In this document: positions 30,801 to 40,582 of the stretch, piece by piece
Layout of the letters: every line of letters begins with the position of its first letter
Position numbering within the stretch: the stretch's first letter is position 1
Source of the DNA: an uncultured bacterium
Lineage (GTDB): Bacteria > Chloroflexota > UBA5177 > JANWHV01
NCBI GenBank assembly: GCA_963729625.1
Contig: CAVSOU010000011.1
Location: 800,001-864,000, forward strand
Length of the DNA: 64,000 nucleotides
Direction: 5' to 3'
Made by a program: the position numbers and the translations under genes
Notes under the pieces: model-generated
Database searches by the model: none
What the model was told of the DNA's origin: nothing
Seen by the model: the letters and a program-made list of their open reading frames with translations, nothing else

Positions 30801-32945
30801 CTGGCGCTTGTCTACGCCCCCGTGGGACTGCTCTTCCGGCGAATCGACGTGGCCTATCGGCTGCCATGGCTGATCGGCGCCTACGCGCTGTCGGCAATGG
30901 GTCCGTTGGTGGCGTTGCCGGATCCCACACTGCGCATCGCCGCGCTGACGATGTCCATCGCGCTCTACGTGGCCAGCGCCCTGCAGTCGCGCCGGCATGA
31001 ATGGCTCTGGCTCACGGCGGCGCTGGGGCCCGTGCTTCTGCTGGAATGGGTCATTCGTGCCGGCGACGTGGCTCGCGACTACGGCATCGCTCTGGTAGTG
31101 ATGAGCCTCGGCTACGGCGTGATCGGCCTGGTCATTCAGCGCCGTGGCCTGCGCGGTCTGTGGATGCCCTTGCGCGAGACCCCCGACCGGTTCGCCCTTC
31201 CCTTCCTGGCGATCGGGCAGGCGCTCTGCATTGCAGGCCTGGCCCTCGTGCTGGCGGTGCAAAGCTCGAGTGCGGCGCTCGGGCTAACACTGCAGAGTCC
31301 CATGCTGGTATTGATCGGCTTCACGCTCGGAGCCGTGCAGTATGCCTGTGCCGCGGCCATCTCTCGACGCAGCATCTTCAGCTCACCGCTGGCGCTCACG
31401 CTGGTCGTGGCCTACCTGAGCGCGATGATCAGCAGCGGACTGCCGGCTGTTGACTTTGGCCCCGCACTGTTGCCAGGTCTCTGCGCTTTCCTGCTCATCG
31501 CGGAGACCTTACGTCGCACAGCTGATACCGCGGACGTCGTGGCGGAGCGCCGGCGCAAGGCCGTCACCGGCAGCTGGGCGCTGCCGTTCGAGACGTTCGT
31601 GCACATTGGCGCCGTGTCCGCCTTCATCCTGAGCGCGCAAGACACCAATCAGACGCTTGCCTGGTGGGGCGTCGCTGCGCTCTACGTTATGCTCGCCGCC
31701 ATCCGGCAGCAGCCCGGCTGGCTCTATGCTGCTATCGGTTCCGCTCTTGCTGCATTCGTGGGAACGGGAGTTCTCCTGGCGCCCGATCTCACAATGCCGG
31801 AGCGGCTGCTCATCCTTGTGCCTCCGGTCTACGCTCTCGCCGGAGTCGCCCATGCAATCCGTAGCCGGCCGGCTGCTGAGTCCAGATCTGCGCCGCCGTA
31901 TTTCCGCTGGAGCGGCGCTGCGCCCGGTCCCTGGGCCGAACCCCTCCTGACCTGGGGCTCTGTCACCGCGATCGTGTCCGTCGCGCTCAGCGGCGGTGAT
32001 GCCGCCCTTCACGCACGCGTGGCCGACCTGTGGGTAGCCGCGGCCTACCTGTTCTTGGCGACGATCCTCTCGGTGCTCTGGCAGGCCCGGCCACTCGTCT
32101 GGGCCGCTATCGCGACCGTTGCCCTGACGTTCGAGGAGGCGTTAATGCTGGCAGGTGTCCGCTGGGCCGACCAGCCGGCGTGCTGGGCCGGCGCTGCCCT
32201 GGTTGCCTACTTCGCCGCAACCGTGTGGAAGCGGTCGCCGGGCAGGGTAGCAACGCTCTGGAGCTCTCCGCTGCAGTGGGCGTCGCACGCGGCCGGCATC
32301 GCCGCAGTCGCGGTGGCCCTTGCCAACCTCAGCCTTGGGCAGTACGCGCTGCAGCCGCTGGCGGTAACCTTGACCCTGGCCGGCGCATACCTGATGATAG
32401 GCGGGATTGTCGAGCGCCGGCGCATCCTGTCCTACGCGGCCATCGGCCTGGTGTATGGCGCCTACGCCTGCGAGCTTGCCTACAGACAGGTATCCCAGCC
32501 GCAAGCATTCGCGCTTGCGCTTGGGGCTTCTCTGCTGCTTGTGGCGTACCTGGAGTGGCGGCGCGGCGCGGATACTGCAAAGGGGCTGTTGGAGCTGGCA
32601 GCGATCGCGGTGATACTTGGTACGACCCTGGTCCAAGGCTGCGGTGGTCTTGGCGTTGGCAACGATCGTTATAGCTATGACACGTTCCTGCTGCTCGAGA
32701 GCGTGGCCGTGTTCGGCCTGGGTGCGGTCCTGCATTGGAAGCGCCTGTTCTTCGCGGCCTGTGGCGCCCTTGTAGTGGACGTATGCATCCTGCTGGTCGA
32801 TCCGGTGCGGTCGATGCAGGCGTGGTATCTTGTGGCGATCATCGGTTTTGCCATGATCGCGTTGGTGGTCTTCCTCGAGCAGCGGCGGCAGCAGATCCCG
32901 CTCTGGATCGATGAAGTGCGCTTGCGCCTGGATGCCTGGGACTGA
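27882..32945 (+). CDS. Giant polytopic membrane protein with N-terminal zinc ribbon (DUF2157/SCO7613-like)
   Basis: MQCPRC...CPGC, Ala/Pro linker, LSERTLNALLGLGAFLILAAA, then dozens of TM helices, ending ...LEQRR...RLDAWD. Confidence 0.85.
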   Translation: MQCPRCTYESQVANVQCPGCHCTFVRAELEELDHLKYTLDRLMRWYDKGLLPPRTADRLAQLTHADTRALLARIGERQAPVYPASSQGAAPAEAPARVHAEAAAVAAKAASQPVQAAAAPSVGVPAARPAPEAPRAAAAALGQASTRAGVMAQGPAMQGAAVSSPHGSASPRPLSPAMAVPTPPSKPTRRPSPSFSWKQVGTYLLSERTLNALLGLGAFLILAAAVVISTVNPTGLGPVLHLAAMVGTTAVFYLAGALVQKRLRLARTGATLLAVGAVFIPLDACTFGSDLLKWEPSAIWVLASLVCLLIYLPSHLSLYDRASAILTAAAGGSLVLSLARPLGVDPIWGGCGLVVLAGVYLIVADRLRHSQTNLHWALSWAAQLATPSAMAGLLALRFSRQLLGTFPPDSFLQTLGALPGASMDYAVGVTWWLGAAFYVLATQLVPRRASSLAAAWIVPCAFLFTLTKAPFDREWYGVALAALAVLYMLFGRQVQRALKGVARPTLIQLLGQPVYQVGLTLAVVAGMWPAAISVARLTSSSEAIALWILVGLFAWSAFTFKHILFRYAAAYLILAALACIPPEHLLSIPDRPGLGLAALAAGYLLFGWLTGGQAIRGDGPSARRAVARDPVFQVAAWCTAAAALWPALTSQATFVTAEEITALIAVALVYGAAAFLLEQRAWAYISVSLVPIAWGLFMAFRAYDDGPTLLGWALLAVALWVAAEVAARRTSEGRRPLIETVVGLGSWRSRFASPLFAAGYAVSVMAVLVGLAQASDASAMPGQSVAGLLVVCALYVISSASRRSSVFLYPATWLFLLPLTAVVSHAYARSGMAYTAAQDARVMAVLGLAYLALAFIVDRAGGHYAKPVYLAAYALVVLGVATAIPDRPMIVQTLGAGLVALAWSAWLVHSGRHPSYAWTVEQLVASVSATVWDAAEMLFQYLAVWLLPVWVILLQSLRSPLPATADYGVTLALLALVYAPVGLLFRRIDVAYRLPWLIGAYALSAMGPLVALPDPTLRIAALTMSIALYVASALQSRRHEWLWLTAALGPVLLLEWVIRAGDVARDYGIALVVMSLGYGVIGLVIQRRGLRGLWMPLRETPDRFALPFLAIGQALCIAGLALVLAVQSSSAALGLTLQSPMLVLIGFTLGAVQYACAAAISRRSIFSSPLALTLVVAYLSAMISSGLPAVDFGPALLPGLCAFLLIAETLRRTADTADVVAERRRKAVTGSWALPFETFVHIGAVSAFILSAQDTNQTLAWWGVAALYVMLAAIRQQPGWLYAAIGSALAAFVGTGVLLAPDLTMPERLLILVPPVYALAGVAHAIRSRPAAESRSAPPYFRWSGAAPGPWAEPLLTWGSVTAIVSVALSGGDAALHARVADLWVAAAYLFLATILSVLWQARPLVWAAIATVALTFEEALMLAGVRWADQPACWAGAALVAYFAATVWKRSPGRVATLWSSPLQWASHAAGIAAVAVALANLSLGQYALQPLAVTLTLAGAYLMIGGIVERRRILSYAAIGLVYGAYACELAYRQVSQPQAFALALGASLLLVAYLEWRRGADTAKGLLELAAIAVILGTTLVQGCGGLGVGNDRYSYDTFLLLESVAVFGLGAVLHWKRLFFAACGALVVDVCILLVDPVRSMQAWYLVAIIGFAMIALVVFLEQRRQQIPLWIDEVRLRLDAWD

Positions 32946-33048
32946 CGAGCGAGTGGCAAGGAGGACGGTCCACTATAATCATCCCAGGACGACACATGCA
33001 GGGTCGCGCACTGAAGCGCGAGTGCACGTGCAGCAATGAGAGCGCCTG

Positions 33049-34614
33049 ATGACCGCACCGCAGGGTGGAACGCCGATGCCGGAACTGGACGAAGCGAGCG
33101 CCTCGCAGCTCCAAGCGGCCATGATGGCGGGCGACCTGACCTCGCGCGACCTGACGGCCTTCTACCTGGCGCGCATCGAGGCTCTGAATCTGCAGGGGCC
33201 GGCACTGCGCGCTGTCCTGGAGACCAATCCCGCCGCCATAGAGATCGCCGCCGGCCTCGACCGCGAGCGCCGGGAAGGAAGGATCCGCGGGCCGCTCCAT
33301 GGCATCCCGGTCCTGCTCAAGGATAACATCGATACGGCGGACGGCATGATGACGAGCGCCGGCTCGCTGGCCCTGATCGGAACCCCCCCGACCCTGGACG
33401 CCACGGTGGCTGCTCGGCTCCGGGCGGCAGGCGCCGTGCTGCTCGGCAAGACCAATCTGAGTGAATGGGCCAATTGCCGCTCCCGTCCGTCCTCCAGCGG
33501 TTGGTGTGGGCGGAATGGCCAGGCACGTAATCCCTATGTGCTGGATAGGAATCCAGGCGGGTCCAGCTCTGGATCGGCCATCGCCGTGGCCGCTGGATTG
33601 TGTGCCGCATCGATCGGCACGGAGACTGACGGCTCGATCGTCAGCCCCGCCGGCTCGTGCGGCGTGGTCGGAATCAAGCCCACAGTCGGGCTGGTGAGCC
33701 GGGCCGGCGTGGTGCCGATCTCACACACACAGGACACAGCCGGCCCGCTTGCCCGATCGGTCGCCGACGCCGCCACGCTGCTCACCGCTATCGTTGCCGA
33801 GAACCCTGACCGTCGCGACCACGCCACCAGGGCAGGAGCGCCGGTCGATTTCACCCGGTTTCTGGTTCCCGATGGGCTGGTGGACGCCCGCATCGGCATC
33901 CCGCGCAACCTTGGGTTCGGCGCCAGCCCGAGGGCCGACGCGATCGTGGACGAGGCCATACGTGCCATGCGCGCGGCCGGAGCCGAGATCGTCGATCCGG
34001 TACGCTTGTCGCCGGACCAGGAGCGGGCGAACAAGGCCGAGATGACGGTGCTGCAGTATGAGTTCAAGCATAACCTGAATGCCTACCTTTCCTCGCGCCG
34101 GCAGATAGCCCTGGATCGCGAGGGCTTTCCGCTTACCCTGGCGGGGCTGATCGCGTTCAACGAGGCACATGCGGACGAGGAATTGCGGCTCTTCGGCCAG
34201 GAGATATTCCTCGACGCCGAGGCGAAAGGCCCATTGAGTGACGCGGCGTATAGGGAGGCGCTGGCCGAGAGCTTCACGCTTTCGGGTCCCGAGGGCATCG
34301 ATCGGCTCCTCACCGCGCATCGGCTCGACGCGCTGGTAGTGCCGACCAACGCTCCCGCCTGGCTGATCGACCCGATCAATGGCGACGCCTCGGTCATTGA
34401 CACCGCGGGACCCGCGGCACGAGCCGGCTACCCGCAGGTCAGTCTTCCGGCCGGATTTGTCTGCGGACTGCCGGTGAATATCACGTTCGTAGGCGGGAGC
34501 TTCAGCGAGCCGGCGTTGATCCGCATCGCCTACGCGTTCGAGCATCTGACCCAGGCGCGCAGGCCACCGCGCTTCCTTCCCACGGTGGCAGATGCCTTGC
34601 TCGACCGACGGTGA
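33049..34614 (+). CDS. Amidase (amidase signature family)
   Basis: Motifs GPLHGIPVLLKDN, GKTNLSEWAN, GGSSSGS, GTETDGSIVSP, GIKPTVG. Confidence 0.96.
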   Translation: MTAPQGGTPMPELDEASASQLQAAMMAGDLTSRDLTAFYLARIEALNLQGPALRAVLETNPAAIEIAAGLDRERREGRIRGPLHGIPVLLKDNIDTADGMMTSAGSLALIGTPPTLDATVAARLRAAGAVLLGKTNLSEWANCRSRPSSSGWCGRNGQARNPYVLDRNPGGSSSGSAIAVAAGLCAASIGTETDGSIVSPAGSCGVVGIKPTVGLVSRAGVVPISHTQDTAGPLARSVADAATLLTAIVAENPDRRDHATRAGAPVDFTRFLVPDGLVDARIGIPRNLGFGASPRADAIVDEAIRAMRAAGAEIVDPVRLSPDQERANKAEMTVLQYEFKHNLNAYLSSRRQIALDREGFPLTLAGLIAFNEAHADEELRLFGQEIFLDAEAKGPLSDAAYREALAESFTLSGPEGIDRLLTAHRLDALVVPTNAPAWLIDPINGDASVIDTAGPAARAGYPQVSLPAGFVCGLPVNITFVGGSFSEPALIRIAYAFEHLTQARRPPRFLPTVADALLDRR

Positions 34615-34838
34615 TCCTTATATCTGAATATCTGACACGGACCGCCAGGCGTGCGCCACCGCCTGCCACGTCGGCAACGCACGCCGGGCTCCCCAATCTA
34701 GGTGATAGCCGCAAGGAGACATCCACGTTACGCTCGGCGTAGCCCCGTATCGGCCGTGGACTCTAACAACTCGGCGCACCGGGATGCGGGAAGCTGAGCG
34801 AGAAGGGTGCGACGACTTCTGTCCCGAGGAGGCCAGCC

Positions 34839-35336
34839 ATGCTCGTCAACGATCTGATGACTGTTGCAGGCCGCATCGAGCCCCATGCGAAGGGGGATCA
34901 CGGCGACAACCGCGCCATGCTGGACCCACCTGACGAGCGCCTCGACGTGGAAGCCGCGGCGGCCCGGTTTCAGGCGGGCGACCAAGAAGTGTGGTCTTGG
35001 CTGCGCGGCTTCCTCATTCACGAGCAGGAGTTCTCGGCCCGCCGGCTCAGTGCAGGCGACGTCTTCCCTGGCAGCCTGCTGCCGAAGGCCGAGGCACTGG
35101 CCCACACGGTCGCGGAGGAGCCGGACTGGAGCGTCGAGAGCACGTGGTGGCTCGACGATCGCGCCCTGACGGTCCACGTGATGTACAGTCACTGCGGCTC
35201 TGGCGACGTCTGGAGCGGTCTCTGCCGAGCTCCGCTGGCCGCTCTACGTGGCTTCGCGCGCGTCGATGCCGGGGAACAGGCGCCGAAGCCAGGCTCCGGG
35301 CCGGCGCCGAGCTCACCGCTCCGCGCCATGGCCTGA
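34839..35336 (+). CDS. Hypothetical protein
   Basis: GGAGG RBS before ATG 34839, 165 aa, globular composition, family not recognised. Confidence 0.55.
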   Translation: MLVNDLMTVAGRIEPHAKGDHGDNRAMLDPPDERLDVEAAAARFQAGDQEVWSWLRGFLIHEQEFSARRLSAGDVFPGSLLPKAEALAHTVAEEPDWSVESTWWLDDRALTVHVMYSHCGSGDVWSGLCRAPLAALRGFARVDAGEQAPKPGSGPAPSSPLRAMA

Positions 35337-35754
35337 TCGCGTCGTCACAAACTATTCCGCGGAACATCGGGCCGGCGTGACCGTGCCGGTCGTAGAGGCA
35401 CTGCCGGCTTCCCACGGAAGCGTCGAGTCTGACATCGTGCTTGCAGCATGGCCGCACCAGGTGCGGAGCAGGACCCTGATAGCGATCGACGCCTCACGCT
35501 GTTTTTCGTGGACGATATGTGCGGCCACGGCAGCCGCGGACGCCTTGACGGTCCTCGGTCGGTCGGACGATCCTGCTCCGTATGTACACGCAGATCGCGC
35601 AATGTCCCGCCCGTGCCGCTTCCTCCCTGGTTATCTATTCGCGGGAGAAAAAGTTGATTTCGTCGCGCGGCCAAAACAGACGGGCTGCGTCCAACTGAAT
35701 TGGGGCAGTTGGGGCTATATTGCATCGTGACTAGCAGGAGCGGAGGGAAGAGCC

Positions 35755-37206
35755 ATGAATCACGTGTTGCCTGCGCCGCCGGCCCGATCGGGCAAAACCG
35801 CCCGCCCGCGGGCCTCCGGGCGAGTTGGGCTGTTCAGCATAGGGCTGGCCGCCTACTGGCCGCAGTTTCCCGGCCTCAAAGAGCGCCTCGAAGGCTATGC
35901 GGCGCAGGTATCGGAACGCGTATCCGGCTGGGCGGATGTTGTATCGGCTGGGCTTGTGGACGATGCTGATGGTGCTCGCCGTGCCGGCGAGCTATTCGCA
36001 CGCGAGAGCGTCGATCTGATCTTGCTGCACACCGCTACTTACGCCACCTCGAGCCAGGTGCTGCCTGCCGTGCAGCGGGCCAAAGTCCCGGTTGTCGTGC
36101 TCAATCTGCAGCCGGTTGCTGCCCTCGACTATCCCAGCACGGATACGGGCGAATGGCTGGCCAACTGCTCGGCATGCTGCGCACCGGAACTGGCGGGCGC
36201 GTTTGCGCGCGCCAGCGTGCCGTTCCAGGTGGTGTCCGGGCTCCTGACCGCCGACGACGGCGCCCGGGCCTGGCGCGAAGTGATCGACTGGTGCCGCGCT
36301 GCCGGTGTAGCCAGGGCGCTTCGAGAAGCGCGGATGGGTTTTCTGGGTCACACGTATCCTGGCATGCTCGACATGTACTCGGATATCACCCAGCATCACG
36401 CCCAGCTCGGACTCCACGTGGATGTGCTGGAAATGGACGACCTCCAGCAGTGCGTGGACGCGGTCACCGATGCCGAGCTCGAGGCTACCGTGGTGGGGAC
36501 GCGGGCGATGTTCGAGCTGGACACCACCGTGGACGAAGACAGACTTCGCTGGTCGGCGCGGGTTGCCGCCGGCATGGATCGCCTCGTCGCTGAGCGCAGG
36601 CTGGATGGCTTGACCTACTACTATCACGGCCGCGGAGCACTCGAGGATCTGGGCGCCACATTGATTCTTGGCGGATCGAGGCTCACCGCGCGCGGAATTC
36701 CGTGCGCAGGCGAAGGAGATCTCAAGAACGCCGTGGCGATGCTCATTCTGGATCGGCTCGGTGTCGGTGGTTCATTCACCGAGTTCTACGCGATGGACCT
36801 GGCGGAGGGCTTCGTACTGATGGGGCACGATGGACCCGGTCACGTGGCCATCAGCGCCCGCCCGCCCATATTGCGTGGCCTGGGCCTGTTCCACGGTAAG
36901 GCCGGGCACGGCGTATCCGTGGAGTTCAGTGTCAAGACTGGCCCGGTGACGATCCTCGGCTGCTCGCAGACGGCCGATGGACGGCTGAAGTTTCTGGTGG
37001 CGGAAGGCGAGTCGTTGCCCGGTCCCATTCTCCAGATCGGCAACACGAACAGCCGGCTGCGTTTCTCGCTGCCCCCGGATGAGTTCGTTGACCGATGGTG
37101 TCAGGAAGGACCGACGCACCACGTGGCGCTTGGCGTCGGCCATTGCGGCTCGACAATCGCAAAGGTCGGCAGGCTGCTGGGCGTGGAAACCGTAGTTGTG
37201 AAATAG
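35755..37206 (+). CDS. L-fucose/L-arabinose isomerase family protein
   Basis: Motifs YWPQFPGL, YPGMLDMY, PCAGEGD, GSFTEFY, MGHDGPGH, FHGK, GPTHHVALGVGH. Confidence 0.92.
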   Translation: MNHVLPAPPARSGKTARPRASGRVGLFSIGLAAYWPQFPGLKERLEGYAAQVSERVSGWADVVSAGLVDDADGARRAGELFARESVDLILLHTATYATSSQVLPAVQRAKVPVVVLNLQPVAALDYPSTDTGEWLANCSACCAPELAGAFARASVPFQVVSGLLTADDGARAWREVIDWCRAAGVARALREARMGFLGHTYPGMLDMYSDITQHHAQLGLHVDVLEMDDLQQCVDAVTDAELEATVVGTRAMFELDTTVDEDRLRWSARVAAGMDRLVAERRLDGLTYYYHGRGALEDLGATLILGGSRLTARGIPCAGEGDLKNAVAMLILDRLGVGGSFTEFYAMDLAEGFVLMGHDGPGHVAISARPPILRGLGLFHGKAGHGVSVEFSVKTGPVTILGCSQTADGRLKFLVAEGESLPGPILQIGNTNSRLRFSLPPDEFVDRWCQEGPTHHVALGVGHCGSTIAKVGRLLGVETVVVK

Positions 37207-37245
37207 ACGGACCATGACGAAGAGCACCAGGCTCAGGAGGCGCAA

Positions 37246-38760
37246 ATGAGCCGATACCTCGCCGTCGACCTCGGGGCTGAGAGCGGAAGGGTTATCGTCG
37301 GGGTGTTTGACGGCCGGCGTGTGACCCTCGAAGAGGTTCATCGCTTCCCGAATCTCCCCGTCCGCCTTCCCGACGCATTGCACTGGGACGTGCTCGGTAC
37401 GTACAAGGAGATACTGGCTGCGCTGCAGCTGGCTCGCGAACGCTTCGGCCCCGAGTTCGCGGGCATTGGCGTCGACTCGCCGGGCGCCGATTACGGACTG
37501 CTCGACGCGCAGGGGCGGCTTCTCGGCAACCCGGTCCATTATCGCGATGCCCGCACCGATGGGCTGCCCGCGGAAGCCACGAAGTACGTCTCCGCGGCCG
37601 AGCAGTACCGGCGCACAGGGATTGCCCAGCTGCCCTTCAATACGATGTATCAGCTGATGGCCGCGGTGCGGAGCGAGGACCGGTGCCTGGATGTGGCGCG
37701 CAACCTCCTGCTGGTGCCGGATCTGCTGCACTACTGGCTCGGCGGCCGGCCGGTCTGTGAGCGCACGAATGCCAGCACTTCCGGGATCCTTGATGTGCAC
37801 CGCCGGTGGACTCTGGACCTACTGCAGCGACTGGGGCTGCCCACCCACATGCTGCACGAGACGGTACCCCCCGGCACGGTCCTTGGCCGGCTCGGTGCCG
37901 GCGCCCAGCAGTCCAGCGGGCTGGGCGCTATCCCGGTCATCGCGCCTGCCACGCACGATACCGCCTGTGCTGTCGTAGCATCACCCGTTGCATCGCGGCC
38001 AACTGGTCACAGTCCTGCGTATCTTAGCTCCGGAACATGGTCGTTGTTGGGGGTCGAGCTGACGCAACCAAACGCCAGCGAGGCGGCGCGGCTAGCAGGA
38101 TTTACCAACGAAGGCGGCGCCGCGGGCACGTACTGCTTCCACACCAACATCATGGGCCTGTGGCTACTGCAGGAAACACGCCGTGCCTGGTCCGTTTCCG
38201 CGAGCACGGCGGCCCAGAGCTACGCCGACCTCATGGAACATGCCGCTGAGGTGGCCTCTCCTGGTGTGGTCATTAACGTCGACGATCCCGCCTTTCTGCA
38301 CCCGCAGAACATGGTCGCGGCGATCATGGATAGCCTGGCGCCTGACGACCGTGAACGCCTGACCACACCGGTGCTTCTGGCTCGAGCCATTCTGGAAAGC
38401 CTAGCGCTGGCCTACCGCCTTACGCTCGCACAGGTCGAGCGGCTGATAGGCAGCACCACGACCGTGTTGCACATTGTGGGCGGCGGCTCCCGCAACACGC
38501 TGCTCTGCCAATTCGCCGCGGATGCGACAGGCCGAGAAGTCGTCGCCGGACCGAGCGAAGCCACCGCGCTGGGGAATGTGATGGTCCAGGCCATGGCCAC
38601 CGGGGAAATCGCCGGACTGGCGCAGGCGCGCGATGTGGCGGCTGCTTCAGCCCAGGTGCGGCACTACGAGCCACACGAGTCCTCCCAGTGGGAGGAACGA
38701 GAGGCGCGCCTCCTGGCGATGCGCCGGAAGGCGCAGCTTGCCCGCGTGAGCGATGCGTGA
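37246..38760 (+). CDS. Rhamnulokinase-family FGGY carbohydrate kinase
   Basis: Motifs LAVDLGAESGR, EVHRFPN, HYRDART, HDTACAV, SSGTWSLLG, GFTNEGG, NIMGLWLLQE, EATALGN. Confidence 0.94.
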   Translation: MSRYLAVDLGAESGRVIVGVFDGRRVTLEEVHRFPNLPVRLPDALHWDVLGTYKEILAALQLARERFGPEFAGIGVDSPGADYGLLDAQGRLLGNPVHYRDARTDGLPAEATKYVSAAEQYRRTGIAQLPFNTMYQLMAAVRSEDRCLDVARNLLLVPDLLHYWLGGRPVCERTNASTSGILDVHRRWTLDLLQRLGLPTHMLHETVPPGTVLGRLGAGAQQSSGLGAIPVIAPATHDTACAVVASPVASRPTGHSPAYLSSGTWSLLGVELTQPNASEAARLAGFTNEGGAAGTYCFHTNIMGLWLLQETRRAWSVSASTAAQSYADLMEHAAEVASPGVVINVDDPAFLHPQNMVAAIMDSLAPDDRERLTTPVLLARAILESLALAYRLTLAQVERLIGSTTTVLHIVGGGSRNTLLCQFAADATGREVVAGPSEATALGNVMVQAMATGEIAGLAQARDVAAASAQVRHYEPHESSQWEEREARLLAMRRKAQLARVSDA

Positions 38761-38845
38761 TCGACTGTGAATCAGTCCGCACAGGTGCCAAGGCTAGAAA
38801 TCACGACTGAAGTATGTCACGTACCCAGCATTGCAGGAGGAACGC

Positions 38846-39883
38846 ATGAGCTCCTGGAAGCCCGATTTCAATCGCCTAAAGCAAGTCCTTTGCAGAGACG
38901 GCATGCCGGATATAGTTCCGTTCTTCGAGTACCTGATTGATAGCGAGATTATTCAGGAGCTCACTGGGAAGAACATAACTACCGCAAGTACAGTTGAATT
39001 CTACTCCACGTACGGCTACGACTATGTCATGGTGAGAGCCGACTATTCCTACAAGATCATGGACTTGGAGGCTGCAGATACCGCCATCCTGTCGCGCGGC
39101 GCCAGACGTTTTAACAATGAATCCGAAGGACCTATCAAGACCAGGAAGGCGTTTGACGACTATCCATGGAAGAAGGTTGACGCATCCGTCTCACGCCCCA
39201 TGCTTGAAACGGCATCGTGTCTTCCTTCCGGTATGAAGATGATAATTCGCCCGCCGAAGGGAGTGTTCGAGAACGTAATCCGCTTAATGGGATACCTCCC
39301 GTTCTCGTATGCACTCTACGAAGACCTTTCTCTGGTCGAGGATATCTTTGAGCATGTCGGCAGCAACCAGCTCGCCATTGTCAAGGCGTGCCTTGAAAAC
39401 TGCGACATCTCCGCCATAGGCGCGGTAGCCATGGCTGATGACTTGGGGTACAAGTCTGGAACCATGATTGCGCCTAAGCTATTAAGAGAATATGTCTTCC
39501 CTTGGCATAAGAGGATTGTGGATCTGGCTCACAGCTATAACCTTCCCCTGATACTGCACTCTTGCGGCAACATTGCAACGGTAATGGATGACTTGATTGA
39601 CTATGTTGGGATAGACGCCAAACACTCGTTCGAGGACAGCATTCTGCCGGTTGCTGAAGCAAAGAAGCGGTACGGGAAGAGAATCGCGATATTAGGAGGA
39701 GCTGATGTCCACGTATTGTGTACGGCGGACGAGGCAGGAATAAGGCAGTACATATCGAAGATAATGCGGGACTGCACCCCTGGCGGGGGATATGCGCTTG
39801 GCACGGGAAATAGTGTTGCGAACTATATCCCGGTAGCAAATTACCTCACCATGCTTGATGAGGGCAGAAAGTGGAGAGCATGA
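38846..39883 (+). CDS. Uroporphyrinogen decarboxylase (URO-D/MtaA-CmuA) family protein
   Basis: AGGAGG RBS. Motifs ADDLGYKSG, LHSCGN, AKHSFED, LGGADV, YALGTGNS. Lower GC than neighbours. Confidence 0.9.
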   Translation: MSSWKPDFNRLKQVLCRDGMPDIVPFFEYLIDSEIIQELTGKNITTASTVEFYSTYGYDYVMVRADYSYKIMDLEAADTAILSRGARRFNNESEGPIKTRKAFDDYPWKKVDASVSRPMLETASCLPSGMKMIIRPPKGVFENVIRLMGYLPFSYALYEDLSLVEDIFEHVGSNQLAIVKACLENCDISAIGAVAMADDLGYKSGTMIAPKLLREYVFPWHKRIVDLAHSYNLPLILHSCGNIATVMDDLIDYVGIDAKHSFEDSILPVAEAKKRYGKRIAILGGADVHVLCTADEAGIRQYISKIMRDCTPGGGYALGTGNSVANYIPVANYLTMLDEGRKWRA

Positions 39884-40582
39884 CCGGACTGGGAACTGAT
39901 CGAGTGCTATGGAGCGGTGGGATTTCGCATCTGGGCGACAATGCTCGTCTGTTGCATGGAGCGTCTGGCCGACGAAGTGTCGCTTGCCCGCGGACACTCC
40001 TCCGCCTGCGTGGACAATCGCTTTAGCCAGCAGAACTCCAGCTGTCCCGCACAGACACGCCCGTGTCGTGCGCCGGGTGCGGCACTACCGGGGTGGCTGG
40101 AGCCGCGCGCCGCGACTGCCGCTTCAGGTCTTGCTCCGCAGGAGCCTGGGAATGCCCTGAGGCAAGCCCAAACAGATTGCGGACGCGAAGAGTCGAAAGG
40201 AGTTGACAGAGGTACGCAACGACATTACACTTGGTTCGCTGCCGGCACTGTACCAGCAGCACCAGCCTATTCTCTCCGCCGCGGCGCAAGCACGCATCGA
40301 CGTGCAGTGCGGCTCGGATGGAGAGCCGCATGTGTCTCGGTCAACACTCAGAGTTACTCTGTTCCGCAAGGCTTCATCGAAAAGCCCTGCCAGCCAAGGG
40401 GACAGCCAGAGAAGGGAGGTAATTCTGCATAGCCATTTCCCTGTAGAGTTCATGTCCAGGTGTAATGGGCTCTACGGGCCCGCCCGCTCCGGCCACGCAG
40501 CCGAAGCTTGACACGCGGCATCGCTCGAAGCGTTCGAGATTCATGATCGGCGCCGAGCTCTGGACTCATGGAGGATGCATAC

